From NCBI GenBank assembly GCA_010909165.1, contig VJWM01000424.1:1-10993 (forward strand): 10,993 bases of DNA, in the 5' to 3' direction. Positions within the stretch are counted from its first letter, which is position 1. Each line of letters starts with the position of its first letter. The notes under the pieces are model-generated. The model was not told where the DNA came from. It ran no database searches and saw only the letters and a list, made by a program, of their open reading frames with translations. Below, in pieces: positions 10,194-10,993 of this stretch. The DNA is from Anthoceros angustus. Taxonomy: Eukaryota > Plantae > Anthocerotophyta. Made by a program: the position numbers and the translations under genes.

Positions 10194-10301
10194 ATTGTCG
10201 GTAGAGACAATGTCATCGGCGTAAAAAGCAAGGGCTTCTGTGTACCTCTGCTGGGAGAGCAGGCTGTTGAATTCAAGTACCGTTTTGTTAAAGGTGGTCA
10301 T
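10194..10301 (-). pseudogene. Bacterial SnoaL-like/NTF2-fold protein, first 36 codons only, truncated at the junction
   Basis: MTTFNKTVLEFNSLLSQQRYTEALAFYADDIVSTDN resembles NTF2-like N-termini (..FYADD.V..). It starts 26 nt after the ArsR stop with an A-rich leader lacking a Shine-Dalgarno sequence. Downstream codons read into retroelement DNA. Confidence 0.6.
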
Positions 10302-10327
10302 GCGTTTATTTACGGATGTATTGCCCC

Positions 10328-10658
10328 TCAGACAGGCTCATTTTTCTTTTTTTGGGTTGCTGCCAGCAGTTGATCCAACTGGCTGAATTTGGTTTCCCAT
10401 ATTTGTCTGAACTGTTCCAGCCATTTGTCTATTTCCTTCATCTTTTCCATCTCAAGGGTGTAATAGATTTCCCTGCCGATGTGTTCCTGTTTGACGAGGT
10501 CGCATTCTGTCAGGATGCGCAGGTGTTTGGAAACAGCCTGCCGGCTGCTGTCAAAATGTTCTGCAAGGGCATTGGGCGTCATCGCCTGCAAGGGCGATCA
10601 AGGCGAGTATAGCGCGTCTTGTCGGGTCGGCAATGGCCTGGAAAATATCGCGTCTCAT
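10328..10658 (-). CDS. ArsR/SmtB-family winged-helix transcriptional regulator (about 109 aa), with one extra base near 10590
   Basis: [23 protein letters not shown] joins [43 protein letters not shown]...[25 protein letters not shown]. The span is 331 nt, i.e. 110 codons plus 1 nt. The motif set is typical of Bacteroidota ArsR proteins. Confidence 0.92.
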
Positions 10659-10677
10659 TGTGTTGTCGGTTGAATAG

Positions 10678-10693
10678 GAAACCAATTGGTTGC
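10678..10693. promoter_or_regulatory. Palindromic operator, likely the ArsR autoregulatory site
   Basis: Perfect 12-bp palindrome AACCAATTGGTT (10680-10691) immediately downstream of the -7 promoter element and about 20 nt upstream of the ATG. Confidence 0.7.
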
Positions 10694-10723
10694 AAATATA
10701 GTGGAAGTGGTGGAGTTCGCAAA
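10693..10723 (-). promoter_or_regulatory. Bacteroidota primary-sigma promoter (-33 TTTG / -7 TAnnTTTG)
   Basis: The minus strand reads TTTG (10723-10720), 19 nt, then TATATTTG (10700-10693), matching the known Bacteroidota consensus and spacing. Confidence 0.85.
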
Positions 10724-10756
10724 GATTTCTGGTGTCAACCCTGCGGTAGCATGGCA

Positions 10757-10857
10757 AAGTCAAAGCCAAACCAAAACTGGTCGCTAAGCTGTAGAAGCTA
10801 GGCGTGAAAATGAAACAGCTTACACCCGCAGCGACCAGTTTTGGCAGGGCTTGACTT
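10757..10857. repeat. 101-bp imperfect inverted repeat (REP/MITE-like or structured RNA)
   Basis: Perfect 15-bp arms CCAAAACTGGTCGCT (10771-10785) and AGCGACCAGTTTTGG (10830-10844). Inner arms AAGCTGT/ACAGCTT (10786-10792, 10815-10821). Outer arms AAGTCAA/TTGACTT (10757-10763, 10851-10857). Confidence 0.85.
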
Positions 10858-10861
10858 CGTT

Positions 10862-10890
10862 AAAAGCCGCTCAGATGAGCGGCTTTCTTT
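10862..10890. terminator. Rho-independent terminator, potentially bidirectional
   Basis: AAAAGCCGCTC-AGAT-GAGCGGCTTTCTTT has a GC-rich stem with A/T tracts on both sides and lies directly after the GS III 3' end. Confidence 0.88.
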
Positions 10891-10993
10891 AGCAATATAA
10901 ACAACATCTCGCGGTATTTCGGCAGTGGCCAGTAGCTGTCGTCCACCAACAGTTCCAGCTTGTCACACGATAGCGGATATCATCAAAATAAGG
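10889..10993 (-). CDS. glnA: Glutamine synthetase type III, C-terminal end (partial, with apparent single-base indels)
   Basis: The minus strand gives PYFDDIRY-(V)-DKLELLVDDSYWPLPKYREMLFI, the characteristic GS III C-terminus. A frameshift lies near 10965. The likely true stop is TAA at 10891-10889; as written, the frame runs through the terminator to 10860. Confidence 0.88.
   Translation of the reverse strand, partial: PYFDDIRYRVTSWNCWWTTATGHCRNTARCCLYC

Noticed and set aside
10192-10197. AATT/CAATTG restriction site at the junction, suggesting a ligation chimera
   Set aside because: A 4-6 bp site within a breakpoint uncertain by several bases can be chance, and the library method is unknown.
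9915-10301. 128-aa minus-strand ORF
   Set aside because: Only the first 36 or so residues are the bacterial protein; the rest is read-through into antisense retroelement DNA across the junction.
10116-10373. 85-aa plus-strand ORF crossing the junction as a possible fusion protein
   Set aside because: Its second half is simply the antisense of the bacterial genes, and nothing supports translation.
10588-10595. Programmed frameshift in the ArsR gene
   Set aside because: There is no slippery heptamer or stimulatory structure, and similar indels occur throughout the window.

Overview
This is a mosaic window. Bases 1 to about 10193 are frameshift-riddled land-plant LTR retrotransposon DNA. They comprise: the 5' end of a Ty1/copia element on the minus strand (gag, long leader, tRNA-iMet PBS, short LTR); a Ty3/gypsy pol segment on the minus strand (RT-RNaseH-integrase N-terminus), cut at both ends; a degenerate plus-strand accessory ORF of about 3.2 kb; a probable LTR; and a plus-strand Ty3/gypsy gag with an RS-rich tract and about five zinc-knuckle motifs. 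At about 10193 the sequence switches abruptly, mid-gene, to about 800 bp of Bacteroidota chromosomal DNA. That block holds the 3' end of glutamine synthetase III, its terminator, a 101-bp imperfect palindrome, a Bacteroidota-type promoter with a palindromic operator, an ArsR-family regulator and a truncated SnoaL/NTF2-like gene. Single-base indels interrupt otherwise well-conserved proteins on both sides, which points to uncorrected long-read error. The simplest reading is therefore a chimeric read or contig; true bacterium-to-plant transfer cannot be excluded from the sequence alone. I do not see a supportable novel biological system beyond these observations. All family assignments come from motif recognition by eye, not database searches.
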